NCBI RefSeq assembly: GCF_006345805.1
Contig: NC_043010.1
Span: 27,218,001-27,282,000 of the forward strand
Direction of reading: 5' to 3'
DNA: 64,000 bases
Source: Octopus sinensis
Lineage: Eukaryota
The notes under the pieces were generated by a model. The model was not told the origin of the DNA. It ran no database searches and saw only the letters and a program-made list of their open reading frames with translations. Shown piece after piece: positions 12,066 through 25,900 of the stretch (positions are counted from its first letter, which is position 1; each line of letters begins with the position of its first letter). A program made the translations under genes and the position numbers.

Positions 12066-12638
12066 TTATCATTTATTTATCTATTTATTTCGGATAAACT
12101 AAATGGCCATTTCTTATGATTGTCGAGATAAAACGATCACTTTAGACAGGGCTTACGTAAAGAAAAGTGTGTGTGTGTGGGGAGAACAGATAAACAAACG
12201 CAAACTAAAAATGCTGAAAATAACAATTACATCAGCATCAGTATCTTGTTTGAATAATGATGTTTTATATAATATATATATGTGTGTGTGTGTGTGTGTG
12301 TATGTGAAAAGAGTAGTAAACCAGATGTCGTCACTTGTCAGAACGATGTTGTCCTCCCACCGGTCTCATCATCCGAAAATAGAACACAGTACGGAGTTAG
12401 CGCCATGAATCTCTATAAAGCATCTTTCAGAATGATGACAGCTCTCGAAACAACAGCAACAACAACAACAACTACTACTACTACGAGGAGAAGAAGCAAC
12501 AACAATAACAACAACAACAAGCAAAAATAGAAACTATCGCTGTCATTTCGTTACTTGAATGTATCGTGACAAGATTGGAAATGAAAAATATTACCAGATT
12601 TGTACAACACATAAATACAGACAGATAGATAGGTATAT

Positions 12639-12760
<122 letters not shown>

Positions 12761-12825
12761 CAGACAGATAGATAAACAGATAGATAGACAGATAGACAGA
12801 CAGATAGATAGATGGTTAGATAGAT

Positions 12826-13305
12826 ATGTTTCTTTATTACCCACACAGGGCTGCACACAGACAGGACAAAATTACAAGGTAGAGCTTTTCTTTTGGGGGT
12901 AAGAGAAGGGGGTTTGGTTTTCGATCAAAAGGGATCGTAAATGGAAAGAAAGAGGACAAAAAAAGGGGGGATAAAATAAAATTTAAAAAAAAAGAGGGGG
13001 GGGAAGAGAAAGGAAAAAATTTGATCAATAGGGATCGTTATCACAGAAATGTCAATATGAAGTGTAAAGGGGAGGACAGGTGAGGTTTACCCGTGGAAAG
13101 AAAAGCCTACGGAAAAGACCACGGTAACCTCGGTCAATGAAGTCACATGTTATATTTCTTTTTTTTTTTTTTGCAAATAAGCAACTCTCTGTATTAATTT
13201 TTACGGTTCATAGAATCATAGTCAAGGTGGCTTCGTCATTCATACGTGCCATCCTTGCTACATTTACCCATCTTTTTTTAAAACATTCACTAGACAAAAC
13301 TTGCC

Positions 13306-13306
<1 letters not shown>
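12826..13306 (-). mobile_element. 3' end of a LINE (Tx1/L1-like) inserted in (GATA)n
   Basis: Short ORF end [19 protein letters not shown]...*, then a UTR ending GGGTAATAAAGAAA; GATA arrays on both sides; tail matches the SINE A tail. Confidence 0.55.
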
Positions 13307-13365
<59 letters not shown>

Positions 13366-13416
13366 GAGATAGATAGATAGATAGATGAATAGATAGATAG
13401 CCAGACAGATAGACAA

Positions 13417-13470
<54 letters not shown>

Positions 13471-13500
13471 GAATAGATAGATAGCCAGACAGATAGACAA

Positions 13501-13533
<33 letters not shown>

Positions 13534-13542
13534 CAGACATAT

Positions 13543-13594
<52 letters not shown>

Positions 13595-14084
13595 AGATAG
13601 ATAGATAGATAGATAGATAGACAGACAGATAGATAGATAGATGGCTGGATAGATGGATAGATCTGTAGTGTGTGTGTGTGTGAGATTAATTTTGAAAAGC
13701 GCCAGACAAGATGCTCTGCATGTTGGTATTTAGTGTTAGAATACTCGTCCCTTTACGTTCTGTGGTCAAATACCGCTGGAAGGTCAATAAAATTAAGTCG
13801 CTGTCATTTACTGAAGCTGTTTTAATTGACATCCTTACCTGCCTCCTAAATATACCCCATCATCACCAGCACCGCATCATCATAAATAAATAAATAATTT
13901 TGCCTTTTGTCCAAATTTGCAAATGGTGAACCGGTAGAGCATTTAGAAGAAATGTTTTGCGCTGTTTCTTATGGCTTTTTATATCCCGAGTTAAATTAGT
14001 ACCAGTCGATTAGCATATCTAATTAATATTTTTAATCACTTGTTCCTACTCCATTAAATGTGTGACCTTGAGCTAAATTTCGAA

Positions 14085-14130
<46 letters not shown>

Positions 14131-14133
<3 letters not shown>

Positions 14134-14487
14134 TATGTTTGACTTTTGCTTTATATCTGTACAAGTTGGCTCCAAGTCTCACCCAGAGACCTCAAGAGAC
14201 AACAGGCTGGAAGTTCACGTTGTTGTTATGCCTAGTGTGCCATATATTTGGGTTTTTTTGGTGTTGTACTAGTGAATGTCTAATAAATAAATAAATAAAT
14301 AAATAAATGAAAGAAGAAATAAATAAATAAAATTTTAAAAAAAATTGTTTGTTTTAAACCTTGAGATTACATAGAAAGTATTTTGCGTAGGATATGAGCA
14401 GTTCCCATAGCACTATCTTTTGAATTTCTGCCATTTTGGGGTTTCCTGGTATCTGAGTTAGGTAGCAATCGGCTCCTTTCGCTATCA

Positions 14488-14490
<3 letters not shown>
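14131..14490 (-). mobile_element. Dong/R4-type 3' fragment in (ATT)n
   Basis: C-terminus IPGNPKMAEIQKIVL/GTAHILRKILSM* (one frameshift) plus 3' UTR; (ATT)n on both sides. Confidence 0.8.
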
Positions 14491-14534
<44 letters not shown>

Positions 14535-14545
14535 AAATGGGTGAG

Positions 14546-14748
14546 ACGGCGAGCTGACAGCATCGTTAACACGTCGGACAAAACACTTAACGCCATTTCG
14601 TCCGGCTTTACATTTTGAGTTCAAACTGCCTTTCACCCTTTCGAGGTTGATAAAATAAGTACCAGTTGCGCACTGGGGTCGAAATAATTGGTTTATTCTC
14701 CCCACCACCACCACCAATTCAGGTCTTGTACTTGTAATAGAAAGGATT
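14546..14748 (+). mobile_element. SINE family A
   Basis: GACGGCGAGCTGACAG head, body and tail. Confidence 0.75.
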
Positions 14749-15039
14749 GTTACTTAATTGGCTGAATAAGAACGTTGGTAAAGAACTGCACAAAATTTAT
14801 CCTGCGGTTTTTGGTCAACTCACTTTCCGTTTCTGACTCCTAATTTCGTCGATTCCCGATTTTGTCGTCTTTCCAAAGTCGAGGTGGGGCTGTCGATAAA
14901 AAAGCATCGATGGCTCGACTCGATCTACAGAACCCTTTTTCCAAATATTTATAAACTTGTGTATGAAATTTAAAAGGTAATCTCTATTATTTTGTCTGTT
15001 GAGACATGTATTTGGGTGTCACACTTTAAAAGACATTCA

Positions 15040-15462
15040 CTCTCTTTTTATTCCTTTACTTGTTTCAGTCATTTGACTGCGGCCATGCTGGAACACCGCT
15101 TTTAGTTGAGCGAATCGACCCCAGGACTTATTCTTTGTAAGCCTAGTACTTATTCTATCGGTAAGCCTAGTACTTATTCTAACTGCTAAGTTACGGGGAC
15201 GTAAACACACCAGCATCGGTTGTCAAGCAATGTTGGGGGGACAAACACAGACACACAAACAAACACACACACGCATATATATATACATATGCATATATAC
15301 GACGGACTTCTTTCAGTTTCCGTCTACCAAATCCACTCACAAGGCTTTGGTCGGCCTGAGGCTATAGTAGAAGACACTTGCCCAAGGTGCCACGCAGTGG
15401 GACTGAACCCGGAACCATGTGGCTGGTAAGCAAGCTACTTACCACACAGTCACTCCCGTGCC
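15040..15462 (-). mobile_element. SINE family B (tRNA-derived, CORE-like CCTTGGGCAAGT, internal microsatellite)
   Basis: Reverse complement of 39303-39822; internal duplication of GTAAGCCTAGTACTTATTCT. Confidence 0.9.
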
Positions 15463-17282
15463 TATGGAAGAAAATTAAATATGACCGGAACGCTTTAATA
15501 AAATCTGAATGCTTCGCTTTCAAAAGTCTTAGCCACACAACGATACCGAAGATATAAGATCTAACACGCGAAAGCAATTTCGTGTTAGGCTTCAAACAAT
15601 GTTAACTATGCAGCAAAATATCGAGTTACACTTTTTTTAAACAGCCTTAACGATATCAGAAAGGCTGTACACTAAAATAGAAATGTCCTCAAGTCACGTA
15701 AGTATGGCCATACAAGTATGGCGGATGGCAACATCGGGAGCGCGCCGATACGAAATGCCTGACAGCACTGAGCTCTGTCGCTTTATATTCTTCTCCTTTC
15801 TGTCTTTAGCCCGCTTTGTTTTATGTCCATCGTACTGAAGCCATGATACTAACACGTTTTTACAGGTGGACACATGTGAATACATCACATGTCTTACACG
15901 TATCAACTAACTGTACGGCGCATTTTCAAGCATTGTTAGCAACCAAATCTCGGTAACTAATTAATTTTTGGAAGTGATTAAGAGTATGCCAATCTATTTC
16001 GCGTCCCCAATCATCTGAATAATCGATAGCGTGAAACTCAGGTTTAAAATTTATGAATTATTTATCTATAATCCCCCCCCCCTATTATATCTTGTTTGTG
16101 CAGATAAATGTACGAATGCTAACCTTGTCTTTAGAGCACCACGTAGATTATCGTATTCCAGTACAGTGGTTAAGTAACCAGAATACCAGGTGGTTTTACG
16201 AGTCATAAAACACGGATCAAATATAGGAGCGGTTAAAATAAACACTATATAATTAGTTCCTACGTACATTTCGACAGTGTGGTTGCTTGGAAACCTGCAT
16301 TTCATAAATACAGTTGTATTTATAAAATGCCTCACTGTTCTACCCAACTCTTGACATTAGTTCCTGTATCTAAATGCAATAAAGCGTTCCCTACTGATCC
16401 GTTCTGGCTAAGCATCCATATGCATTTGGACCACAAGGTTCCAAGCACCCACTACGTTGAAACGTAAGTAGGAATTAATAATATTATGTTTATCTTCATT
16501 TCTTACATAGTGCCATCAAACTAATTGCATAGCGAAAACAGTTATGAGATACGAAGTTTGTACATAATATTCAACATTGAATTCGCAACGTAAATGCGAT
16601 AAACCATTTTACACAAGAGGATAGCTCGATTTTAAATAAATTATATCACCAGAAGCCATACGTATCTACAGTAAACTAATAAGATTATTACCCCCCCCAC
16701 ACACACAAGCACTCACATACAAGTAAAACGAAGCCATTATGTCTTCAGTTCGTTGAAAACCAAACAACTACATGAATTAAATACATTTACACACTCATAC
16801 ATGTATATATACACAACAAAACACACATATACAAGCATATACAGAAAGCCTATATAGTACACATAAACAGAATAATTCCCTATGTTGATAAACTTCAGCA
16901 CTTTCGGCGGTTCCAAGCGAGAATTAGAGCCTCGTCAGTGATCGCCTTCCTCGCCTTGTTTATCCACTGGCGACCATAAACAGACTTCTATTAAATATAT
17001 TGTACATGAATTCAATATTCTTGTTTATCCATGACCACGCTACACTGCTAATATAGTTATTAATCTACGACGGTCAACCTTTTACCATTTAGTAAATCTA
17101 ATTTTTCTGGTAGTTATGCTGGTTACGTTACACACTAGAAGAAAATATATTGCTCTTGTAGCTTGGATTACGAGTAATAGAAAAAAAAAGGTATTTAAAA
17201 AACAAAACAAAACAAGCAAATAAAAAATGTTTTTTCCTCTTTGGTAAAGAGAGAAAATATTTGAAAATGAAATTCAATAATC

Positions 17283-17487
17283 TTTTTTACTATAGGCACA
17301 AAGGCTGGACTTTTGGAGTTGGGGGCCAGTCAGTTACATCGACTCCAGTGCTTGACGGGTACTTATTTGATCGACACTGAAAGGATGACAGGCAAAGTCG
17401 ACCTCGGCGGAATGGGCTAAAAATGTAAAAATAGATGAAATGCCGCTAAGCGTTTTGTGCGCTGATGGTTCTGCCGATTCCTCGTCT
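17283..17487 (-). mobile_element. SINE family A
   Basis: GAAAGGATGACAGGCAAAGTCGACCTCGGCGGAAT. Confidence 0.8.
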
Positions 17488-17591
17488 TTAAAATGGGAGG
17501 TAATAATAAAAATAAGCTGAAGAGGTTTGAAACGCATGAATGATGAGGCTTAAATTGTACTGGAAACAAGAAAGTTCGATTGTCCCTATTA

Positions 17592-17639
<48 letters not shown>

Positions 17640-18179
17640 TAATGTTGGAGCTTAATATCATCAAGGCCTTCGATTGAATACTCGACAGTTTGTAAAATTT
17701 CATAAGAACAGCCTTAGGCCTGAAAAAAATGTGTGTATGTGTGCGAACTGTTGTATCGAATATCTAAATCGTATTTAGCTAATGAGTTACATCCCTTTTG
17801 GCTAAATATATTCATTCGGTTATTGGAACATGAAATATGTGTCCAGAATAATAACTGACGCAGATATAATCAATTAAAACCTTTGAATGTGAAAATACTG
17901 CAAGGTGACCGTCTAACAACGAATCGTTGTCAAAATGAATAAAACATTTTCAGAAATCCAAATTATAGACGTTCACTAGATGTATTCATAAAGGCAATTT
18001 TATCCTATTCAAATGAAAAAGAAAAGGTACACACAACAGACTAAGAACACTACAAATCACTACTTTCTTCCCTTCTCAATTAAAAAGCTCCTACAGCTAA
18101 CATTATTACACTATACAAATAGAAACGACACAATAAGCATACCAGCATCTTCATCTAAATACATAATCACCACTACTAA

Positions 18180-18478
18180 ATTGTGAGGTTCTGAGTTCGA
18201 ATACCGGACCGGGCTGCGTGTTGTGTTCTTGAGGAAGACACTTTATTTCACGTTGTTCCAGTTCACTCAGCTGTAGAAATGATTTGCGACGTCACAGGTG
18301 CCAAGCTGTATCGACCCTTTTGCCTTTCCCTTGGATAACACTGGTGGCGTGGAGAGGGGAGGCCAGTATGCATGGGCGACTGCTGGTCTACCACAAACAA
18401 CTTTACCCGGACTTGTACCTAGGTGGGTAACTTTCTAGGTGCAATTCCAGAGTCAGTCATGACCGAAGGAGGTCTCCG
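18180..18478 (+). mobile_element. tRNA/CORE-like SINE related to family C, with a different 3' half
   Basis: B box GAGTTCGAATACC followed by TTGAGGAAGACACTTTATTTCACGTTG, shared with family C. Confidence 0.7.
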
Positions 18479-19012
18479 ACTATTAGATACTTTACCAGTC
18501 TACTTAGACATCCCTACCACGACATCACACGCTCTAATAAATTTAAATATAAGTAAAATTTCAACACAAATACATAATACATACTTCAAAAATATTTCTT
18601 TTATTAAGAATTCTTTAAATACAGTAAAAAGTACCAATCAGTGCAGAGCAAATTACGTTTCAAATAGCACAGAGTTACCGCCCCTTCCAAACAAGATGTA
18701 ACTGAAGGAAGTTTGAATATTAGAGGAAGTAGAGACAAGAGCTTGGGCTGAACTCACCCTCACATCTGTCTCTTAACATGAAACTTGAGATGTTGTACAC
18801 CGGTCCGTAAGATACCTTATAAAACGTGTGTTTGTGCGTGGGACACTACAGGACCGAAGCTGGAAGGGGGTTTCCCTCGCAGGCTGCTGTACCTAGATCT
18901 ACCTATACCATATTGGCTTCGTTAATTCCCAGTGAGTCAGCAATCGACATCGACACCCTTCTCCATAATCAAAGGAAAGCCATGATTTCGAGCGCGCGCG
19001 CAAATTCATAAA

Positions 19013-19713
<701 letters not shown>

Positions 19714-20011
19714 TTAGACAAATATTTAACTTGTTATAACCAGTTTCCCTGTCGCAGATTACTCAACGATGGTGTGAATGTATAATATGAAAAAAGAGGG
19801 AAGGCGAGAGAGAGGGAGCAGAGCTTTGTAATGACCAAATTCGCGGAGTGGGGTTAATCAAAATGGATTCTGTGGTAGGAAAGTTGCTGCACAAATCTAC
19901 AGGGAAGGAGGAGGGAGCATTAATTAGGGAAACGTTGCACTTAAAACAAATAAAGGTAGGAGATAATTGCCGATGGGTGAGTTAATTGGTTGGTGTTGAT
20001 TAATTAATTAA

Positions 20012-20231
20012 TTCTTTCTAATTTTGGCACTGAGCAAGCAGTTTATGTGGGGAGGGAGGAGTCGATTATATCGACCCCAGTATTTGACTTGTACTGTATT
20101 TTATCGAATCTGAAAAGTATGAAAAGAAAAGGCGACCACTGAGGAATTTGAACTCAGAAGGTGGTGAAGAGCAGGTAAAGTGCCACCATGTGTTTTGTAC
20201 AGTGTGCTACCGATTCTGCTAGCTCGCCGCC
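20012..20231 (-). mobile_element. SINE family A, diverged
   Basis: Ends GCTAGCTCGCCGCC (reverse head); body GAATTTGAACTCAGAA. Confidence 0.75.
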
Positions 20232-20599
20232 TTTAGTTAGCAAATTAATTAATAGATGGTTAATTTTGTCAACGCTAGCTAATGAGTTCCTTACGTAAGG
20301 TCTGATTGCAATAAAATTAATTTGAAATTTGAAATAACTAGTTTAAATATCAGTTAAGAATCAAGCCATATTAAATGCTTTTTCTTTTATTTTCAGTTTA
20401 TTTATATCATATGAACATGTATTTTTTTAGAACATTGTCATTGTATAAGATTTCGCTGGCAAATTTTTTAATTAACATAAACATTTATTTAAATAAAAGA
20501 AAATTATCAAAGAACTTTCATGTAATTCTTCCAAATCTCTCTGTTAAAACTGTATTGAAACCATTGTGAGGAATTTTTTTTTATCACAGCAACTGTTCG

Positions 20600-20822
20600 C
20601 ACACCACAAGGTTTAACGGAACCAACTGAAGCAAGCCAGCATGCTCACAGCATTACCACGGGTGATGGCGAGGCTAAGGCGTTGGGAAAGCCAAGCACCA
20701 TCACGGGCATCACCTGACACCTCGGTGAGGCGAGCTGCAAATGTTGACAAGAACTTCGCGGTTAGTGGCCCAGTCCCTCTGAACGTTTCAAACGCCACAG
20801 GCTGGAAGAGATAGTTCACTGT
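20600..20822 (-). mobile_element. CRE-like RLE non-LTR retrotransposon C-terminal fragment
   Basis: YLFQPVAFETF.G.GP..AKFL....RLTEVSGDARDGAWLSQRLSLAITRGNA matches the QRLSxAxxRGNA terminus of CRE-type elements. Confidence 0.8.
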
Positions 20823-20827
20823 TAAAA

Positions 20828-21242
20828 GGCGGCGAGCTGGCAGAAACGTTAGTATCCCGGGCGAAAGGCTTAGCGGTATTTCGTCGGCCGTTACGTTCTG
20901 AGTTCAAATTCCGCCGAGGTCAACTTTGCCTTTCATCCTTTCGGGATCGATAAATTAAGTACCAGTTACGCACTGGGGTCGATGTAATCAAACTTAATCC
21001 GTTTGTCTGTCCTTGTTTGTCCCCTCTGTGTTTAGCCCCTTGTGGGTAGTAAAGAAACAGGTATTTCGACTGCCGCTACGTTCTGAGTTCAAATTCCGCC
21101 GAGGTCAACTTTGCCTTTCATCCTTTCGGGGTCGATAAATTAAGTACCAGTTACGCACTGGGATCGATATAATCGACTTAATCCGTTTGTCTGTCTTTGT
21201 TTGTCCTCTCTGTGTTTAGCCCCTTGTGAGTAGTAAAGAAAT
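20828..21242 (+). mobile_element. SINE family A dimer with TSD
   Basis: Head+body+tail, then body+tail; TSD AGATAGTTCACTGTYAAA at 20809-20826 and 21243-21260. Confidence 0.92.
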
Positions 21243-21743
21243 AGATAGTTCACTGTCAAATTAAATGTTGATTTTGAAAATTGAAGTTGGAGTTCGATGA
21301 CAATTTCAGACAATGAGTAGAGTCTTCAATTGTTCAATCAAATACACTACCGGCTCTTTGAATAAGTGTATAAGTAACTGAGTATTGCACGGACATAAGC
21401 TCTAGTAATGTCATTCTGAGGTAGAGTCAGTGACAATGTTTGTGACAAGGCCCTACAATCCAGCCGAAGAGTTTTGGCACAATTTCCGGTTACCCTGTTT
21501 CCAAACCAGCTTATGGGTCGACCCGAGGCGATAGTAAACGACACTTACCCAAGATGCCACGCAGCGATAATCGTGTTAGTTTGAACAATTTGCTAAGGAC
21601 CACACACACAGACACACACACACCAACACCCATACTCCCACCCACAATATTTCCATAATCGCACACCGTTACACACATGCATTCACACACACACAGTATT
21701 CGTATATTATGCCCATATCCAAATACGGATACACTCCTATACG

Positions 21744-21786
<43 letters not shown>

Positions 21787-22113
21787 ATCCCGTCTTTTCC
21801 ACACTCCTAGAAACACTTTCATGCGTTTCCCTAACTGATTTCTATACATTTCTTCCAGTGAACGGCTAGCATCCGTAACGTTAACATCCTTTCCCACCTT
21901 TTTTATAAGACTTAAACTAATACAATATTTGCTAAAACTTCTGTTCTGTTTTTTGTTCATTGCATTCATAATATTATACGGAAATCGTTTATGGAAATGA
22001 CAAGATGAGAGATCACAAGAAAATGTCTGCACAGAATTGCCTTATCATACCAGTTTATGTAAACAGTTCTAAAACGCTGGAAAAATGAATATTTGTAAAA
22101 TTTAGTTAAAAAC

Positions 22114-22161
<48 letters not shown>

Positions 22162-22166
<5 letters not shown>

Positions 22167-22560
22167 TAATCCAAACAAGAAAACACAAAAAAAAAACACA
22201 CCAACACGAGGACGTGGAACAAATAAAGTATTATTGGACGCTCAGGAAAGAAGGGAAGAAGGAGGGTTTAACGTTTAGAGCGGAGCTCTTCGTCGGAAAC
22301 ATAGGAGAAGGAAAGATCGGCAGCGGTACTCACGAGGTCACATATTGAAAGACCGAGAATAAAACAAAAGACGAAAACGAGTGTGTAAACAACAAACAGG
22401 CGTATTAGTTTAACGCTCGGGAAGTTAGAAAGTCTTTTACGTTTCGAGCTTGCGCTCTTCGACAGAAAGGAACACAGAAATAAACAGGGAGAGAAAATAG
22501 AAAAAGGTTTAGTGGCTAGCAATCTATCATGGCGAATGCCGGACAGAGAAGTCACACAGG
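22162..22560 (-). mobile_element. Penelope-like pseudo-LTR remnant with two minimal hammerhead-like motifs
   Basis: Motifs at 22266-22300 and 22434-22469; homologous to 37085-37350; adjoins (TA)n. Confidence 0.6.
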
Positions 22561-23329
22561 AGAGTTAGGAAGAAAGGGAGATAAAAGACAAGAGGTGGGT
22601 GGAGAAGAAAAAATATAAACAAGGAGAGAAAGGAGGAAGAAGGAAGAAAAAAAGAGAAAGGGGAAGAAAGGAAGAAGAGAAGACAGAAGGGAAAAAGAAA
22701 GGGAGGGTGAGAGAGACTACTGAATGCTGAAATGGACTAAAAGTTATCTAATATAGTGTGGCTATACGTATTATGAAGAGCTAATCTTATATAAAATATA
22801 TTGTTATATAATATGATATGATATAAAGTGTATATATAAACTTTATATAACAATAGTCGATATAATGTTGAGTGGTTGATTTTCTAGCCACGGTTTACAT
22901 CGGACAGAGAGAGTGGTAGAAAGTAAAGCAGAGATATTGATAGATTTAACGTAAGAGGTAAAGGATGAGTGCACATACTAGGCTTGGGGGCAGTCAATGA
23001 ATAAAAGAACGCTACACACGGGGGAAAGAATAATAAAGACAGAGGATAATTAAAAGAAGTAAATGATAAAGGAGTTATGAGAGGATCTACACAAATGAGA
23101 AACTTGGTTTAATTAATGATAATATTTTAATTAATAATATTCTAAGGTAGTAAACATTTATCTTTCGAAAATTAGTCTTCTTTTCATCCTTTTTGTATAA
23201 GCACAAAGAAATTTAATAAAAGATAAATTATAATTATTGTATGAAATGCCATATTTCCTGCTCTCACCCACAGCAGCAAATTCAAAAGTCCAAAGTTACC
23301 GGTCACATGACAGATAACACTAGTATTAT

Positions 23330-23517
23330 CCTTTCAACTATAGGCACAAGGCCTGAAATTTTGGGATGAGAGTTCATCGATTACGTCCACCCCAGTACTC
23401 AACTGGTATTTATATTATCGACCCTGGAAGGATGAAAGACAAAGACGACCTCGGCACAATTTGAATTCCGAACGAAAAGACCGACGAAACGTCGCTAACG
23501 ATTCTGCCACTTCACCG
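23330..23517 (-). mobile_element. SINE family A, diverged
   Basis: TAGGCACAAGGCCTGAAATTTTGG...GAAGGATGAAAGACAAAG. Confidence 0.75.
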
Positions 23518-23589
23518 ATTTTGTAACACTTTTGTCTAATAAAAATTATATAAAATATAAAGTGTCCGTAGGAGTGCAATGTTCATAAA

Positions 23590-23990
23590 GTTGTTGGCAT
23601 CCTTTTGTCTCAGGAGACAATGGAGTTGCGCATAAACTTATCCAGTCTGGTCTTTACATTTCATGCCCTCCAGTTTCCTCTCCAGTTTTGCGCAGGCCTG
23701 GGTAGCCCAATCGTCAGGATTCCTTTCGCGACATTGCTGACATAGTCCAAAGGAGTGCAGAGCGTTACTTTTGGCACCAGCTTGGTTGCAGGAGCTGCCG
23801 GAAGAGTGTCGAGTCGAACACTAAACCGCCTACGGGGCTCCACTCCGGATTTCTTTGAAGGTTGTCTCCTTTCTGTAACCCTGGATAGGGGCCCATACCG
23901 GGTACTGTTAGCCGGAGCCAACCGAGCCCGGGATTCGTGTCTGGCAAGGTCGTCACTCCCTGTAGCAGTGAAGAAAATTGCTACTCGCTA
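23590..23990 (-). mobile_element. GC-rich element resembling RTE-clade 5'-region derivatives
   Basis: Shares AAATCCGGAGTGGAGCCCC and TTCCGG blocks with 48880-49460; family assignment from recollection only. Confidence 0.4.
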
Positions 23991-24578
23991 CCTATAAAGT
24001 TCATGAAGTAGAGTCCACCTAAAGAGTACTATTGACATGAAGAAGGAAATGAGTGATATTCCAAATTAGTCTCACACAGACTATAATATAAGGACCCCAC
24101 AACGTGTTCTGTATTTACAACTGAGTTAATACTTAACTGTTGCGGTCCTACTATCTATTTTCAGAGGGACTAATATAGATTAAGGAGCTTATAGTAACGT
24201 GTGTGTCCAGAAGAGATATGTCTTTGAAATAATGTCTGCAAAACCATTCTAGCATAGGAAGGATCAGTGTGATAACCTTGCATCCTGACAGAGATACACC
24301 ATCTGTTTAGATAAATTTCACTTCAAATTGGAGAAACTTTGCCCCGGTAAAATCTGAAAAAATCAGAAACGGAAGATCGAATGACCTTTGTATCAATGTA
24401 ACTCTTAAAATACTCTTTACCAAATATCCTGTTCCTAAGAATTCAAAGAGAATAGCTAATTGTTCTTATAAAATTTTAAAATCATGCAATCTATTGATTC
24501 TGTATGCAAATCATAAACGCTACATGTAAATAAATAAATGAAATATGTTATTGTAAAGTCAATATTTAACTAAACTAA

Positions 24579-24784
24579 GGCAGCAAGCTGGCAGAATTGT
24601 TAGCTTGCTGGGCAAATTGCTTAACGGCATTTCGCCCGACGCTCTGAGTTCAAATTCTGCTGAGGTCGACTTTGCCGTTCATCTTATCGGAGTCGATAAA
24701 ATAAGTACCAATCAGACACTAGGGTCGATGTAATCGACCAGTCCCCTCCCCCGAACTTGCTGGCCTTGTACCAAAATTTGAAAG
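24579..24784 (+). mobile_element. SINE family A with TSD
   Basis: TSD CAATATTTAACTAAAYTAAG at 24560-24579 and 24785-24804. Confidence 0.9.
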
Positions 24785-25175
24785 CAATATTTAACTAAAT
24801 TAAGTTCTGCGAGGTAGCTCTGCCTGATAATGAACTTAGTAGAGAAAGTATTTACAAGAATTCACAGGGCCATCGTGGTTGGTTTGGTACTGAGGAAATG
24901 GTCAAAGAGAAGATTCTATATTAGTTTGGTCTGAAGTAGTGCTTGTGTGAGAATCAGGTCATATTGCAGTTGCTTGCAATACACTTGGCGCCCCTATCGA
25001 CCGCGATTCTTAACCAGTTTCAGTCACGCCAACTTCGAGCCAGTTGATTAGATAAACCCGCGTACTTACTTGAGTGGTAAATTTTATCAGCGTCTAAAGG
25101 GTGAAAATGGCAAGTTGACTTTGGAAGGATTTAAACATATCACACGAAGAAGCAACAACAACAACAACAACAACA

Positions 25176-25209
<34 letters not shown>

Positions 25210-25900
25210 TATAATTAGTAGGTGTAATTGAATGGTTTTTAACATGTGTAGGATTAACTGTCAACATACAGAATGGAGACTGACTGAACGCTTTGTAAAT
25301 TTTAGAGTATTTTAAAAATTGCAGTAATACTACGATCCCTCGATTTTCTGACTTAAATCCAAATGTAGCCTCCAGCTATAATTCAGGTGAAATGTGACGT
25401 TGCTGGGTTGCGGAATAAATGCCTATATTGGTAGTATGTACTCTTGAGAAATTAGAAGTAAGTCCGATATACAACTTGGTGAAATCAACAGAATTTACAT
25501 GATATTGATGCCATATCTTTTATTATATCATTAGAAATAAAGAGTAAAACTTTTGGAATGGTGCAATAGCAGCTATTAGAAATAGTGACCCCTCCGTGTC
25601 TGGTTTAACTCAGGCAGATTAGAAACGATACTTTAATAGTTTAAGTTAACTTATTTAATACCTGGTTCAATGCAGTTGCCTTTATCCTTAAAATAACATC
25701 TATGCACGTTCGTACAACAGTGAGAAAAATCATTAAAAGTGTGTTCATAAGCAGAAATAATGGATAATTTAAATGAGATATTTCGAAATATGATGTTAAT
25801 AATAATTCTGAGTTGGTTAAATTTCTTATATATATATATTTCTATATCTATCTATCTATCTATCTATATATATATATATATATACACATACACATACGTA

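Noticed and set aside
16104-16463. Exon-like segment bounded by TGCAG and GTAAGT
   Set aside because: All three frames contain stops and no protein is recognisable; a non-coding exon is not excluded.
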